In this document: positions 1-9,809 of the stretch, in pieces
How the letters are laid out: every line of letters starts with the position of its first letter
Numbering within the stretch: position 1 is the first letter of the stretch
Source of the DNA: an uncultured Candidatus Rokubacteria bacterium
GTDB taxonomy: Bacteria; Methylomirabilota; Methylomirabilia; Rokubacteriales; DASRDR01
Assembly: GCA_963826115.1 (NCBI GenBank)
Contig: CAWGVS010000005.1
Location: forward strand, 1,536,001 to 1,600,000
Length of the DNA: 64,000 nucleotides
Direction: 5' to 3'
The notes under the pieces: model-generated
Told to the model about the DNA's origin: nothing
Database searches by the model: none
The model's input: only the letters and a program-made list of their open reading frames with translations
Translations under genes and position numbers: made by a program

Positions 1-247
1 GCATGATCGCCCGCCAGACCCGGTCGTCGGCGGGGCCGGTGCACGAGACGAGCTCGACGCGCCGGGCCGACGCCCACGCGCGCAGCCGGTCGGCGACGGC
101 CGAAAGATCCCGCCGGACGGTCTCGGGCTCACCGGGCGCAAAGGTGCCGACCGGGAACCCGAAGATCTCGGTGTCCCACGGCACGACGAACGCCGTGCCC
201 CACTCCGGGCGGCTCGGGTCGAGAGGCTCGGCCGAGACGTCAGCCAT
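1..247 (-). CDS. Partial gene (runs off window start), probably WecD/RffC-like GNAT acetyltransferase N-terminus
   Basis: Manually translated from ATG 247: MADVSAEPLDPSRPEWGTAFVVPWDTEIFGFPVG...; PWDTEIFG resembles the WDxxFFG motif of WecD-like proteins; start overlaps the glycosyltransferase stop. Confidence 0.5.
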   Translation of the reverse strand, partial: MADVSAEPLDPSRPEWGTAFVVPWDTEIFGFPVGTFAPGEPETVRRDLSAVADRLRAWASARRVELVSCTGPADDRVWRAIM

Positions 248-1208
248 CGCCGTCGACAGGCTCCCCCACCCGCTCCCGGACGACGTACGAGGGCTCCCGG
301 AGCACGCGGTGGTGGATCCGCGCCACGTACTCGCCAAGGATGCCGAGCGTGAAGAGCTGCGCGCCCGAGAAGATGGCGACGATCGACGCGGAGAACCGGA
401 AGAGCGAGAGGGGCTGCCCGGTCGCCAGGTAGGACCCCATCACGAAGGCGAAGGCGCCGAGCCCCAGCAGCATCACGACGAAACCGACGAGGCTCGCGAG
501 ACGGAGCGGCCACGTGCGGAAGGTGGTGGTCAGGTCGATCGCGAGCTTCGCAAGCTTGAGCCAGCTGTACTGGGACCGCCCGTGGCGCCGGGGGTCGTGG
601 CGAACCCCGACCGAGGCGATCCGCGTCGTCGTCCACCCGAGGAGCGCGTCGATGGCCACCGCCGGCCCCTCGTAGTGGGCGAACCCCTCGCGGAGCACCG
701 CCCGGAACGCGCGGAAGGCGCTGGCGCGCGAGGCGATGGCCACGCCCAGGAGGCGGTGGAGCCAGAAGCGCGTGACCCGCGACGAGACGTTCCGCGACAG
801 CCCGTGCTCGGCGGACGCGGGAACGCCGTACACGAGATCGTGCCCCTGCCCCAGCACCTCCAGGAGGCGCGGGATCTCCTCCGGAGGATGCTGGAGGTCG
901 TCGTCCATCGTCACGACGACCGCGAAGCGCGCGGCGCGGATCCCGGCCAGGAGCGCGTTGTGCTGGCCGTAGTTCCTCATCAGGTTGACGCCGCGGACCC
1001 AGGCGTGCTTCCGCGCCGCCTGGCCGATCCCGTCCCAGGACTCGTCCCGGCTCCCGTCGTTGACCAGGACGACCTCGAAGCGGTCGGCGATGGTGGGCAG
1101 CACCCGGGCGAGACGCTCGACCAGCGCGGGCAGGCTCGCCTGGCTGTTGTAGACCGGGATCACGATGCTCAGCTCGCGCTCTCGCCCGCGCTCGGACGCC
1201 ATCGTCAT
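240..1208 (-). CDS. GT2 polyprenol-phosphate glycosyltransferase (ArnC/GtrB-like)
   Basis: SIVIPVYN, VNDGSRD, RNYGQHNAL, MDDDLQHPPE motifs; two C-terminal TM helices. Confidence 0.9.
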   Translation of the reverse strand: MTMASERGRERELSIVIPVYNSQASLPALVERLARVLPTIADRFEVVLVNDGSRDESWDGIGQAARKHAWVRGVNLMRNYGQHNALLAGIRAARFAVVVTMDDDLQHPPEEIPRLLEVLGQGHDLVYGVPASAEHGLSRNVSSRVTRFWLHRLLGVAIASRASAFRAFRAVLREGFAHYEGPAVAIDALLGWTTTRIASVGVRHDPRRHGRSQYSWLKLAKLAIDLTTTFRTWPLRLASLVGFVVMLLGLGAFAFVMGSYLATGQPLSLFRFSASIVAIFSGAQLFTLGILGEYVARIHHRVLREPSYVVRERVGEPVDGDG

Positions 1209-1220
1209 CTCCGGCCCCGT

Positions 1221-1229
1221 ACGTTAGCA
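1221..1229 (-). promoter_or_regulatory. Putative extended -10 element (TG-C-TAACGT) for the glycosyltransferase
   Basis: Minus strand GTGCTAACGT 12 nt upstream of ATG 1208, with GGAG in between. Confidence 0.4.
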
Positions 1230-1286
1230 CGACCGCGCCGGCGGCCCGGCCGCGCGGGGCCCGCCACCCCCCTGCCCGTCCGGCCG

Positions 1287-1991
1287 TCAGGCACCGGCAA
1301 GCGCCCCGCGCCACGCGACGAGCCGCCGCGCCGCCTCCGTGAGGTCACAGGCCTCGATGTCCGCCCGCTCGGTGTCGGTCCGGATCGCCTGCTCCGCGTG
1401 CGGGCCTCGGCGGAGGCGGACCGTGGTCAGTCCGAGCGCCCGCGCGGGCGCGACGTCGTTGTCCGGGCGGTCGCCCACGTAGGCCACGCGGTCCGGCGGG
1501 AGCGCCCAGGCATCCAGGGCGGCCCGGAAGAAGCGGGGATCGGGCTTGGAAAGCCCGACTGCTGCCGAGAGCCAAACGCCGTCGCACAGCCCGGCGATCC
1601 CGGCGCGCTCGAGGTCGGCCCGGGCCGACGCCGGCTGGTTGGCGAGCACCCCGAGGCGCAGGCCCGCGGCGCGGAGGTCGCGGAGCGCGCCGACGGTTTC
1701 GGGATACGCCTCGAGCGGGACGGCGTCCCACGGGATCGCCTTTCGCAGCCCGGCGGCCGCATCGGCGGGCACCGCGAGGCTCTCGAGCATCTGGACGAGC
1801 AGGCTCGGCTCACCGGGATCGGGACGCCGGCACGCCGCCCGGTAGGCGCCGTGCAGCTCGGCCTCGCCGTGCGGGCAGCCCGCCGCTGCGAGGGCCGGCG
1901 CGAGCCAGGCGAGCGCGTGCCGGAGGCGCGCCGTCTCGTCCATCAGGCAGTAGCCGACGTCGAAGAGGACCCCGGCACGCCACGCCGTCAT
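1287..1991 (-). CDS. HAD-superfamily hydrolase
   Basis: LFDVG motif I, KPDPRFF, YVGDRPDNDV motif IV; ATG 1991 overlaps upstream stop (ATGA). Confidence 0.85.
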   Translation of the reverse strand: MTAWRAGVLFDVGYCLMDETARLRHALAWLAPALAAAGCPHGEAELHGAYRAACRRPDPGEPSLLVQMLESLAVPADAAAGLRKAIPWDAVPLEAYPETVGALRDLRAAGLRLGVLANQPASARADLERAGIAGLCDGVWLSAAVGLSKPDPRFFRAALDAWALPPDRVAYVGDRPDNDVAPARALGLTTVRLRRGPHAEQAIRTDTERADIEACDLTEAARRLVAWRGALAGA

Positions 1992-2386
1992 CGGTCGTCC
2001 GGCTCGAACTCGATGGTCACGGAAGCCTTGCCGTCGTTTCCGGTGGCGCACTCACGGACTCCCGCGTCTCCGAGACATATCACGATGCGCACGCCGGTCG
2101 CGTCACCGTTCTTCACGCTGGCGATCGCGACCAGCTGACATCCGGTAAGGTGGTTCATGGGGTTCCCGTCAGTTAGGCGGCTGCAGGACGCCTTCGACCG
2201 GACGTCGCGACGGATGGGCGTCTCGGCCTCGAACGTGACCAGATCGTCGAAGCCGACCGACACGCTCATGAGGAGGCCCGACGGCTGAGAGACGACCTCC
2301 ACCAGCGCGACACGCTCCGGATCGCGATCCTGATCGCATCCGAGCACTGCCAGCAGCCCCGGCAGCACGAGAAAGAATCGCCGCAC
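1988..2386 (-). CDS. Hypothetical lipoprotein
   Basis: GTG 2386 preceded by AGGAGGG; signal RRFFLVLPGLLAVLG-C lipobox; four further Cys. Confidence 0.6.
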   Translation of the reverse strand: MRRFFLVLPGLLAVLGCDQDRDPERVALVEVVSQPSGLLMSVSVGFDDLVTFEAETPIRRDVRSKASCSRLTDGNPMNHLTGCQLVAIASVKNGDATGVRIVICLGDAGVRECATGNDGKASVTIEFEPDDR

Positions 2387-2478
2387 GGTGACCCTCCTCA
2401 GGCGTCGGCGCGCCGCCTGCCCTTGGGGTCCGTGCTCTCCGGAGCCCGATGAGAGCCAGCGCGCGATCGGAGCTCCGG

Positions 2479-3264
2479 CTACCCCGCGATGAAGCCTCCG
2501 TCGACGACGAGCTCGGCCCCGGTCATGAACGAGGACTCGTCCGACGCGAGGAAAAGCGCCGCGAACGCGATCTCGCGCGGCTTGGCGATGCGGCCGAGCG
2601 GGATGCCCGTCTCGAACTCCTTCCGGATCGCGTCGGTCAGGTACGGCGCCTGCAGCGGCGTGTCCACGATGCCGGGGTGGATGATGTTGCAGCGGATCTG
2701 GTCCTTCGCGAACTGGATCGCGAGCGACTTGGTGAGGGAGATGAGCGCGCCCTTCGCCGACGTGTAGGCATCCTGCGCGCGCGTGAAGCCGGCCAGCGCG
2801 GACACCGACCCGATGTTGACGATGGACCCGCCGCCGGCGGCCCGGAGGTGCGGGATGCCGTGCTTCGTGACCCAGAAGACCGACTTCAGGTTGATGGCCA
2901 TGACCCGGTCCCACCAGCCGTCGTCGGTCTCGAGCACCGAGCGATCGCGGTCCTTCCAGAGGACGCCCGCGTTGTTGTAGAGGATGTGGAGCGCGCCGAA
3001 GCGGCGCACGGTCTCATCGATCATGCGCTGGACGTCGGCCTCGACCGCCACGTCGCCCGCCACGGCCACCGCCTGGCCACCCGCGCGCTCCACGAGGGCC
3101 GCGGTCTCCTCGGCCGCCCCCTTGTTGATGTCGGCCACGCCGATCCGCGCGCCATGCGCGCCGAATAGCACGGCCGCCTCCCGTCCCATCCCCATGCCGG
3201 CCCCGGTGATGAAGGCCACCTTCCCCGCGAGTCTCGGTCCGAGGCCAGCTCCGTCCACGGCCAT
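2479..3264 (-). CDS. Short-chain dehydrogenase/reductase
   Basis: TGAGMGMG, NNAG, YTSAK catalytic motif, VDGG C-terminus. Confidence 0.9.
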   Translation of the reverse strand: MAVDGAGLGPRLAGKVAFITGAGMGMGREAAVLFGAHGARIGVADINKGAAEETAALVERAGGQAVAVAGDVAVEADVQRMIDETVRRFGALHILYNNAGVLWKDRDRSVLETDDGWWDRVMAINLKSVFWVTKHGIPHLRAAGGGSIVNIGSVSALAGFTRAQDAYTSAKGALISLTKSLAIQFAKDQIRCNIIHPGIVDTPLQAPYLTDAIRKEFETGIPLGRIAKPREIAFAALFLASDESSFMTGAELVVDGGFIAG

Positions 3265-3314
3265 CACGCGCCCTCCCGTCGGTCGTTCGAGTGGAATGCC
3301 GTCGCCATCGTACC

Positions 3315-4205
3315 TCAGGGCACACGCACGCGGAGAACCGCGGGGCGGATCCGCACGCGGACGACGTGACCGCCGGTGGCCGCTTCCCCGTCCACGTGGA
3401 AGGGGATCGGCTCGGGCGCGGAGATCTCCACGGCCGGGACGCGCCGCGTGGCAACCCCGGGCGCCCGGTCCAGCGTGCCCCGGAAGAGGTGGAGCGAGTC
3501 CCGCAGCGCCACGAGCGGCGGCCGCTCCGCCACCGTGACCAGCTCGAGCTGACCGTCGTCGGGCCGGGCCGTGGGCGCGACCACCGCCCCGCCCCCGTAC
3601 TGGCGCCCGTTCGCGCAGACGACCAGGAGCGCGCGCTCCGTCCACGCCTCGTCGCCGGCCCGGAAGGCGTACTCCCGGGCGCGGTACCGGAGGACCTCGC
3701 GGACGCCGATGGTGAGGTACGGCCAGAGCCCGCGGCGCCGGAGCCCGCGCGCGTTGAACAGCGCCGCGACGTGGGCGTCCACGCCGATGCCGCACAGGTT
3801 GACGAACAGGCGCCCGTCGACCTCACCCACGTCGATCACCCGCTCGCGGCGGCCGAGCGCGATGCCGAGGGCCGCGGCCGGGTCCCAGGGGATCCCGAGC
3901 TCGCGGGCGAGGCCGTTGCCCGAGCCGGCGGGCACGACGCCGAGGGCGGTGCCGCTCCCGGCGAGGGCACTCGCGACCTCGTTGACGGTCCCGTCGCCGC
4001 CCCAGGCGCAGACGAGGGGCACGCGGGCGGCGACCGCGGCCCGCGCGAGCTCGTGCGCGTGGCCGGGTCCCTCGGTGACCCGCACCGTCCCCCCGGTGCC
4101 GCGCTTCGCAAGCGCGTCCTCGGCAAACGCGCGCCGCTTGTCCCCGGCCCGCGCCCCCCGCGGGCCCGACACCGGGTTGATGACGACCGCGACCGACGAG
4201 CTCAG
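3315..4205 (-). CDS. Diacylglycerol/lipid kinase (YegS/DagK family); probable CTG start
   Basis: INPVSG, GGDGTVNEV, PAGSGNGLA, HVDGE motifs; no ATG/GTG near the domain start; CTG overlaps the upstream TGA. Confidence 0.8.
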   Translation of the reverse strand: MSSSVAVVINPVSGPRGARAGDKRRAFAEDALAKRGTGGTVRVTEGPGHAHELARAAVAARVPLVCAWGGDGTVNEVASALAGSGTALGVVPAGSGNGLARELGIPWDPAAALGIALGRRERVIDVGEVDGRLFVNLCGIGVDAHVAALFNARGLRRRGLWPYLTIGVREVLRYRAREYAFRAGDEAWTERALLVVCANGRQYGGGAVVAPTARPDDGQLELVTVAERPPLVALRDSLHLFRGTLDRAPGVATRRVPAVEISAPEPIPFHVDGEAATGGHVVRVRIRPAVLRVRVP

Positions 4206-5566
4206 ATCCGCTCGAAGCCCCGCATCAGCTCCCAGTCGGTCACGACCTGGTCGAACGTCCGCTGCTCGAGCCGCGCGGTGTGGAGGTAGTGCTCGACGAC
4301 CTCGTCCCCGAACGCCTCCCGCGCCACCTTGGACCGCTCCAGCTCGCCGATGGCCTCTCGGAGGGTCTTCGGAACCTGGGGGAGCTTGGGGTCCTCGTAG
4401 GCGTTGCCCTCGTAGACCTTGGGCGCCGGGAGCTTCTTCTGGATGCCGTGGAGCCCGGCCGCAATCGTGGCCGCGAAGGCCACGTAGGGGTTCGCGTCGG
4501 CGCCGGGGATGCGGTTCTCGACGCGGAAGCCCGAGCCCTCGCCGCAGATCCGGAAGCCGCAGGTGCGGTTGTCCCAGCCGGCGACGATCCGGGTGGGCGC
4601 GAACGACCCGGCCTGGTACCGCTTGTAGGAGTTGACGTAGGGCGCGTAGAAGTAGGCGAACTCCTTCGCCATCGCCATCTGCCCGGCGAGCCAGTGCCCG
4701 TAGAGGGCGGAGCCGAGCCGCTTGCCCTTCTCGTGGAAGAGGCTCTTCTTCCCCGTCCGGTCCCAGAGGCTCGAGTGCAGGTGGAACGAGGACCCGGCGG
4801 AGCCCATGTCGTACTTCGCCATGAAGGTGATCGAGCTCCCCTGGGCGTGCGCGATCTCCTTCACCCCGTGCTTGTAGAGCGTGTGGCGGTCCGCCATCTC
4901 GAGGGGCTCGGCGTAGCGGAGGTTGATCTCCTCCTGTCCGCACCCCCACTCGCCCTTCGAGAACTCGACGGGGACGGCGGCGGCCTCCATCCCGTTGCGG
5001 ATCGCCCGGACGAGGCCTTCCTCCTTCGTGGTCTGGAGGATGTGGTAGTCCTCGATGTACTGGGAGACCGGCGTCAGCCCGTGGTACCGCTTCGCCCGAG
5101 CCTCGGCGAAGGTCTCCTTGAAGAGATAGAGCTCGAGCTCCGACGCGACCATGATCCGGTAGCCTTGCTTGGTCGCGCGCTCGATCTGCTGCTGGAGGAT
5201 TCGGCGCGGGCTGACCTCGACCGGCTCTCCCTCCTCCGTGTAGAGGTCGCAGAACACGAGCGCCGTCTTCTCGAGCCACGGGATCCGGCGGAGCGTCCCC
5301 AGGTCCGGGACGGCCTTCATGTCCTGGTAGCCGGTGGCCCACGACGCGAACTTGTAGCCGGGCAAGGGCTCCATGTCGACGTCGACCGTGAGGAGGTACG
5401 CGCACGCGTGGACGCCCTCGCCGGCGACGTGCCCCAGGAAGTGGCGCCCGACCACGCGCTTCCCCATGAGCCGCCCCTGGACGTCGGGAAAGACCGTCAA
5501 GACCGTGTCGATCTCGTCCCGGCGGACGAGATCCTCGAGCTCCTTCAGGTCGAGATTTCCGGGCAT
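4202..5566 (-). CDS. Glutamine synthetase-like protein (gamma-glutamyl-amine ligase, PuuA-type)
   Basis: DVQGRLMGK, ELELYLF, GQEEIN, HLHSSL, WDNRT, ENRIPGADANPY; divergent from GSI in the ammonium-site region. Confidence 0.85.
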   Translation of the reverse strand: MPGNLDLKELEDLVRRDEIDTVLTVFPDVQGRLMGKRVVGRHFLGHVAGEGVHACAYLLTVDVDMEPLPGYKFASWATGYQDMKAVPDLGTLRRIPWLEKTALVFCDLYTEEGEPVEVSPRRILQQQIERATKQGYRIMVASELELYLFKETFAEARAKRYHGLTPVSQYIEDYHILQTTKEEGLVRAIRNGMEAAAVPVEFSKGEWGCGQEEINLRYAEPLEMADRHTLYKHGVKEIAHAQGSSITFMAKYDMGSAGSSFHLHSSLWDRTGKKSLFHEKGKRLGSALYGHWLAGQMAMAKEFAYFYAPYVNSYKRYQAGSFAPTRIVAGWDNRTCGFRICGEGSGFRVENRIPGADANPYVAFAATIAAGLHGIQKKLPAPKVYEGNAYEDPKLPQVPKTLREAIGELERSKVAREAFGDEVVEHYLHTARLEQRTFDQVVTDWELMRGFERI

Positions 5567-5611
5567 GGCCCCCTCGGACGCCTCTCGCTCCCGGGCGGGG
5601 CGCCGGCCGGT

Positions 5612-6421
5612 CTAGAAGGTGAAGAGCTCCCCGCGTCGGTTCGAGAGCGCGGGCAAGGTCTTGCGGATGCGCTCCGCGTGGCCGAGGTCCACGTCCGCCA
5701 CGACGACACCCTCGCGGTAGCCGGCGCGGGCCACGACCGTGCCCCACGGGTCGATGATCATCGAGTTCCCGTAGCAGGCGTGTCCCGGGGGGTGCGTCCC
5801 GCACTGGGCCGCGGCGAGCACGTACACCTGGTTCTCGATGGCGCGGGCGCGCAGCAGCACCTCCCAGTGGTCCCGGCCGGTGTCCATGGTGAACGCGGAG
5901 GGCACCGTCACGAGGCGGGCACCCCACGCGGCAAGCCGCCGGTAGAGCTCGGGGAAGCGGAGATCGTAGCAGATGGTGAGGCCGACCGGCACGCCGGCGA
6001 GCGAGGCCACGACGACCTCCTCGCCCGGCGCCATCGTGGCCGACTCCTGGTAGGTCGTCCCCTCCACCTCCACGTCGAAGAGGTGGAGCTTCCGGTAGCG
6101 GGCCACCAGCTCGCCGTCCGGGTTGAACACCGTCGAGGTGTTGTGGACGCGCTCCTGTCCCTCGACCGCTTCGAGGATGGAGCCGCCGACGATCCAGATC
6201 CCGTAGCGACTGGACAGGCGCCCCAGGAGCTCCGTGGTCTCGCCGGGGATCGGCTCCGCGACCTCGGCGTGCCGCTTCGAGGGCCCGAGGTACGTCCAGA
6301 GCTCCGGAAGCACGACGAGGTCCGAGCCCCAGGCGGCGGCCTGCGCGACCAGCATCTCGCCGCGCTCGAGGTTCTCCGCCTTCTCGTCCCGGCTGTTCAT
6401 CTGCACGAGCGCTACGCGCAC
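5612..6421 (-). CDS. Carbon-nitrogen hydrolase (Nit1-like amidase)
   Basis: LPE, YRKLHLFD, ICYDLRFPE (Glu-Lys-Cys triad), RARAIEN; GTG start with GGGGAGG RBS. Confidence 0.9.
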   Translation of the reverse strand: MRVALVQMNSRDEKAENLERGEMLVAQAAAWGSDLVVLPELWTYLGPSKRHAEVAEPIPGETTELLGRLSSRYGIWIVGGSILEAVEGQERVHNTSTVFNPDGELVARYRKLHLFDVEVEGTTYQESATMAPGEEVVVASLAGVPVGLTICYDLRFPELYRRLAAWGARLVTVPSAFTMDTGRDHWEVLLRARAIENQVYVLAAAQCGTHPPGHACYGNSMIIDPWGTVVARAGYREGVVVADVDLGHAERIRKTLPALSNRRGELFTF

Positions 6422-6540
6422 GGCGTGTCCTCCCCTGGGCCCGGCCGGCAACCGGCGGGCGCGGCCCCCATCCTAGCGCAGTCGAGCGAACGGCCGCCAC
6501 ATCGCCCGCGGGCCCCGGAGGCCGCTCCGGGCGCCCGAGC

Positions 6541-7683
6541 TCAGTGCACGGTCAGCGGGACGGGCGGCAGGAGCAGAGCGAGGAGGATGAGGGCGAACAG
6601 CCCGAGAGCGCGGCGCCGGCCGTCGAGCGGCGTGATGTCGTCCATGGTCGGCGCGTGGCGGAATCCCATCAGGCCGACGATGAGCGCCGCCCAGACGAGC
6701 CAGTTGATGCTGCCGAACGCGAGCCCGATCACGACCAGGCCGCCGACCGCGAGCTTCGAGATGAGGGCGTGCTGCCGGCCGAACAGCGCGTAGACGATGT
6801 GGCCTCCGTCCAGCTGGCCGGCGGGGATGAGGTTCAGGGCCGTGACCAGGAACCCGAACCAGGCGGCGACCCCGACGGGATGGAGCAGGATGTCGAAGTC
6901 CGGAGGCAGGGATCCCAGCGTCAACCACTCGAGGACCTTCGGGAGGACGGCGTCGCCGAACTGCACGTACGAGGTCTCCGCCGACTCCTTGGGGATCCGC
7001 ACCACGGACGACAGCCGCAGCCCCAGCACGTAGATCGGGACCGCGACCACGAGGCCAGCGAGCGGACCCGCCACCGCCATGTCGAACAGCGCCCGGCGGT
7101 CGCGGATCGCGCCTCGGAGGCGGATCACCGCCCCCATCGTCCCGAGGAAGAACGGCGGCGGAACCGGGATGAAGTACGGGAGCGAGACCGGCATCCGGTG
7201 CAGTCGTCCCACCGTGTAGTGACCGAACTCGTGCACGCCCAGGATCCCGAGCAGGGCCGCGGAGAACGGCAACCCCACCATCAGCCGCCCCGGGTGCTGC
7301 CACAGCTCTCCGGGAGACACTCCGCTCTGGAGGGCCCCGGCAAGGAGCGTCGTGAGCACCGTGGCCAGGAAGAGCCCGAGGTGCACCAGCGGTCGGGACG
7401 GCTCGGCAACCTCCGCCTGGGCGATCGCATGCATCCACACCCGGTCCCCGTCCTCTCGGAGGAAGGGCGCGTACCCGTGCCGGGCCAGCCGGGGGCGAAG
7501 CATGTCGACCGCCTTCGCGGGCTCGACCATGAGGCGCCCGCCGAACGCGATCGAGCGGCCGACGAGCCGCCGGTCCTCGACGATGAGCACGTCGTCGAGC
7601 TGGCTCCGGAGCATCGCCTCGAGCGGGAACATCTCGGCCCAGCTCGGGGGCTCCTCGGGAGGGCGGCGCGACCAGAAGGGCAC
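6541..7683 (-). CDS. Site-2 protease (M50 family)
   Basis: HEFGH zinc motif, AGPLAG, NLIPAGQLDGG; multiple TM helices; GTG 7683 with GAGGAG. Confidence 0.9.
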   Translation of the reverse strand: MPFWSRRPPEEPPSWAEMFPLEAMLRSQLDDVLIVEDRRLVGRSIAFGGRLMVEPAKAVDMLRPRLARHGYAPFLREDGDRVWMHAIAQAEVAEPSRPLVHLGLFLATVLTTLLAGALQSGVSPGELWQHPGRLMVGLPFSAALLGILGVHEFGHYTVGRLHRMPVSLPYFIPVPPPFFLGTMGAVIRLRGAIRDRRALFDMAVAGPLAGLVVAVPIYVLGLRLSSVVRIPKESAETSYVQFGDAVLPKVLEWLTLGSLPPDFDILLHPVGVAAWFGFLVTALNLIPAGQLDGGHIVYALFGRQHALISKLAVGGLVVIGLAFGSINWLVWAALIVGLMGFRHAPTMDDITPLDGRRRALGLFALILLALLLPPVPLTVH

Positions 7684-7700
7684 TGGGAGGCTCCTCGCTC

Positions 7701-8198
7701 TCAGCCTACCACGCGGTCCTCGGGGCCCCGGATCGACTCGGGGGCGTCCGCGCCGTCCGGCGCGAGCAGGTGCCGGACGAGCGGCACGACCAGCGGGAGG
7801 CCACCCGAGAGATACACGACCGCCATCACCGCCTCCAGCGCGCTGGCCAGCACCGACTCCTTCTCGCGCCCGCCCTGCTGCGCCTCGCCGCGGCCGAGCC
7901 GGAGACACGCGTCCACCCCGAGCGCGCGCGCCCAGCCCGCGAGCCCGCGCGTCGAGACCAGCTCCGCTCGCCGGATCGTCAGGTCACCCGGGCTCGCCCC
8001 GGGCTCCCGCACCACGAGAAGCTCCGCGACGACAAGGCCCAGCACGGCATCGCCCAGGAAGGCGAGGGTCTCGTTGTGGGCGACCGGCGGATGCTCGTGG
8101 GCGTACGAGGGGTGCGTCAGGGCTTGGCGGAGAAGGTCGGAGGGCGCCCCCAGGCCGACGCGCGTCGCGAGCGCCGGGAGCGGGTCGCCCGCGCTCAG
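7701..8198 (-). CDS. RNase III nuclease-domain-only protein (no dsRBD, partially degenerate); start uncertain (CTG 8198 or fabF readthrough)
   Basis: Open frame extends upstream of the listed ORF: ALTHPSYAHE..HNETLAFLGDAVL ... LGRGE..GGREKESVLASALEA; located after fabF like rnc. Confidence 0.75.
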   Translation of the reverse strand: MSAGDPLPALATRVGLGAPSDLLRQALTHPSYAHEHPPVAHNETLAFLGDAVLGLVVAELLVVREPGASPGDLTIRRAELVSTRGLAGWARALGVDACLRLGRGEAQQGGREKESVLASALEAVMAVVYLSGGLPLVVPLVRHLLAPDGADAPESIRGPEDRVVG

Positions 8199-8234
8199 CG
8201 GAGCGTCAGGCGGCGGGGCCGCGGGCGGCGTCCT

Positions 8235-9491
8235 TCAGGCGCGCCAGCGCCGGAAGGCGAGCGTCGCGTTGGTGCCGCCGAAGCCGAAGCCGTTCGAGAG
8301 AGCCGCGTCGACCTCGACCTTCCGGGCCACGTTCGGGACGTAGTCGAGGTCGCACTCGGGGTCCGGCTTCTCGTAGTTGATCGTCGGCGGCAGGATGCCC
8401 TGCTGGAGGGCCAGCACCGTGACGATCGCCTCGATGCCGCCGGCGGCGCCGAGGAGGTGGCCGGTCATCGACTTGGTCGACGAGACGGCGAGCCGACGGG
8501 CGTGGTCGCCGAAGACCTGCTTGATCGCCAGGGTCTCCGTCTTGTCGTTGTACGGGGTCGACGTGCCGTGGGCGTTGACGTAGCCCACGTCCTCGGGCCG
8601 CAGGCCACCGTCCCGGAGGGCGCCGGCCATCGCGCGCACCGCCCCGTCACCGTCCGGATCGGGCGCGGTCATGTGATAGGCGTCGGCCGTCATGCCGTAC
8701 CCGACGAGCTCGGCGTAGATCCGCGCGCCGCGCCGGCGCGCGTGGTCCAGGCTCTCCAGGACGACGACGCCGGCGCCCTCGCCGGGCACGAATCCGTCCC
8801 GGTCGGCGTCGAACGGCCGCGAGGCTCGCGTCGGCTCGTCGTTCCGAGTGGACAGCGCCTTCATCTGGGCGAACCCGCCGATCGGGAGCTCGTCGATGAT
8901 CGCCTCCGAGCCGCCGGCGACCATGAGGTCGGCGTCACCGCGCTGGATGATCTTGAACGCGTCGCCGATGGCGTGGTTGCCCGTCGCGCAGGCCGTCACC
9001 ACCGAGGAGTTCGGGCCCTTCAGCTTGTAGCGAATGGATAGCTGCCCCGACGCCATGTTGACGATGAGGGACGGAACGAAGAACGGCGAGACCCGGCTCG
9101 GGCCCTTCTCGAGGAGCACCCGGTGCCACTCCAGGACGGACAGGATCCCGCCGATCCCGGAGCCGACGAGGGCGCCCGCCTTCGTCGGGTCCACCTGGGA
9201 GAAGTCGATCTTGGCGTCCTCGACGGCCTCCACCCCCGCGGCGATCGCGTACTGGATGAAAAGGTCGAGCTTCTTGAGCTCCTTCTTCTCGATCACCTTC
9301 AGGGGGTCGAAACCCTTGACCTCGGCGGCGATCCGGCAGTCGAGGCGCTTCGGGTCGAACCGGGTGATCGGCCCGACTCCCGACCGGCCCTCGCAGATCG
9401 CGCGCCAGTATTCGGGGACCGAGTTGCCCAGGGGCGTGATGGCCCCCAGTCCGGTCACCACGACCCGTGTCTTGTCGCCGTCCGCTCCCAT
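8235..9491 (-). CDS. fabF: 3-oxoacyl-ACP synthase II
   Basis: TACATG catalytic Cys, [22 protein letters not shown]. Confidence 0.97.
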   Translation of the reverse strand: MGADGDKTRVVVTGLGAITPLGNSVPEYWRAICEGRSGVGPITRFDPKRLDCRIAAEVKGFDPLKVIEKKELKKLDLFIQYAIAAGVEAVEDAKIDFSQVDPTKAGALVGSGIGGILSVLEWHRVLLEKGPSRVSPFFVPSLIVNMASGQLSIRYKLKGPNSSVVTACATGNHAIGDAFKIIQRGDADLMVAGGSEAIIDELPIGGFAQMKALSTRNDEPTRASRPFDADRDGFVPGEGAGVVVLESLDHARRRGARIYAELVGYGMTADAYHMTAPDPDGDGAVRAMAGALRDGGLRPEDVGYVNAHGTSTPYNDKTETLAIKQVFGDHARRLAVSSTKSMTGHLLGAAGGIEAIVTVLALQQGILPPTINYEKPDPECDLDYVPNVARKVEVDAALSNGFGFGGTNATLAFRRWRA

Positions 9492-9546
9492 CGCCCCGCC
9501 TCCACCAGCCTTCCGCGCCTCTGGCGTCTCGAAAACCGCCGGGGTC

Positions 9547-9792
<246 letters not shown>

Positions 9793-9809
9793 CTCCGTCC
9801 CTCACCTCC

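Noticed and set aside
3-2138. 711-aa plus-strand ORF
   Set aside because: Antisense to well-supported GT2 and HAD genes
3315-6500. Apparent 1061-aa protein ending in a lipid kinase domain
   Set aside because: The upstream part is an off-frame overlap of the GS-like and amidase genes; the real gene starts near 4205
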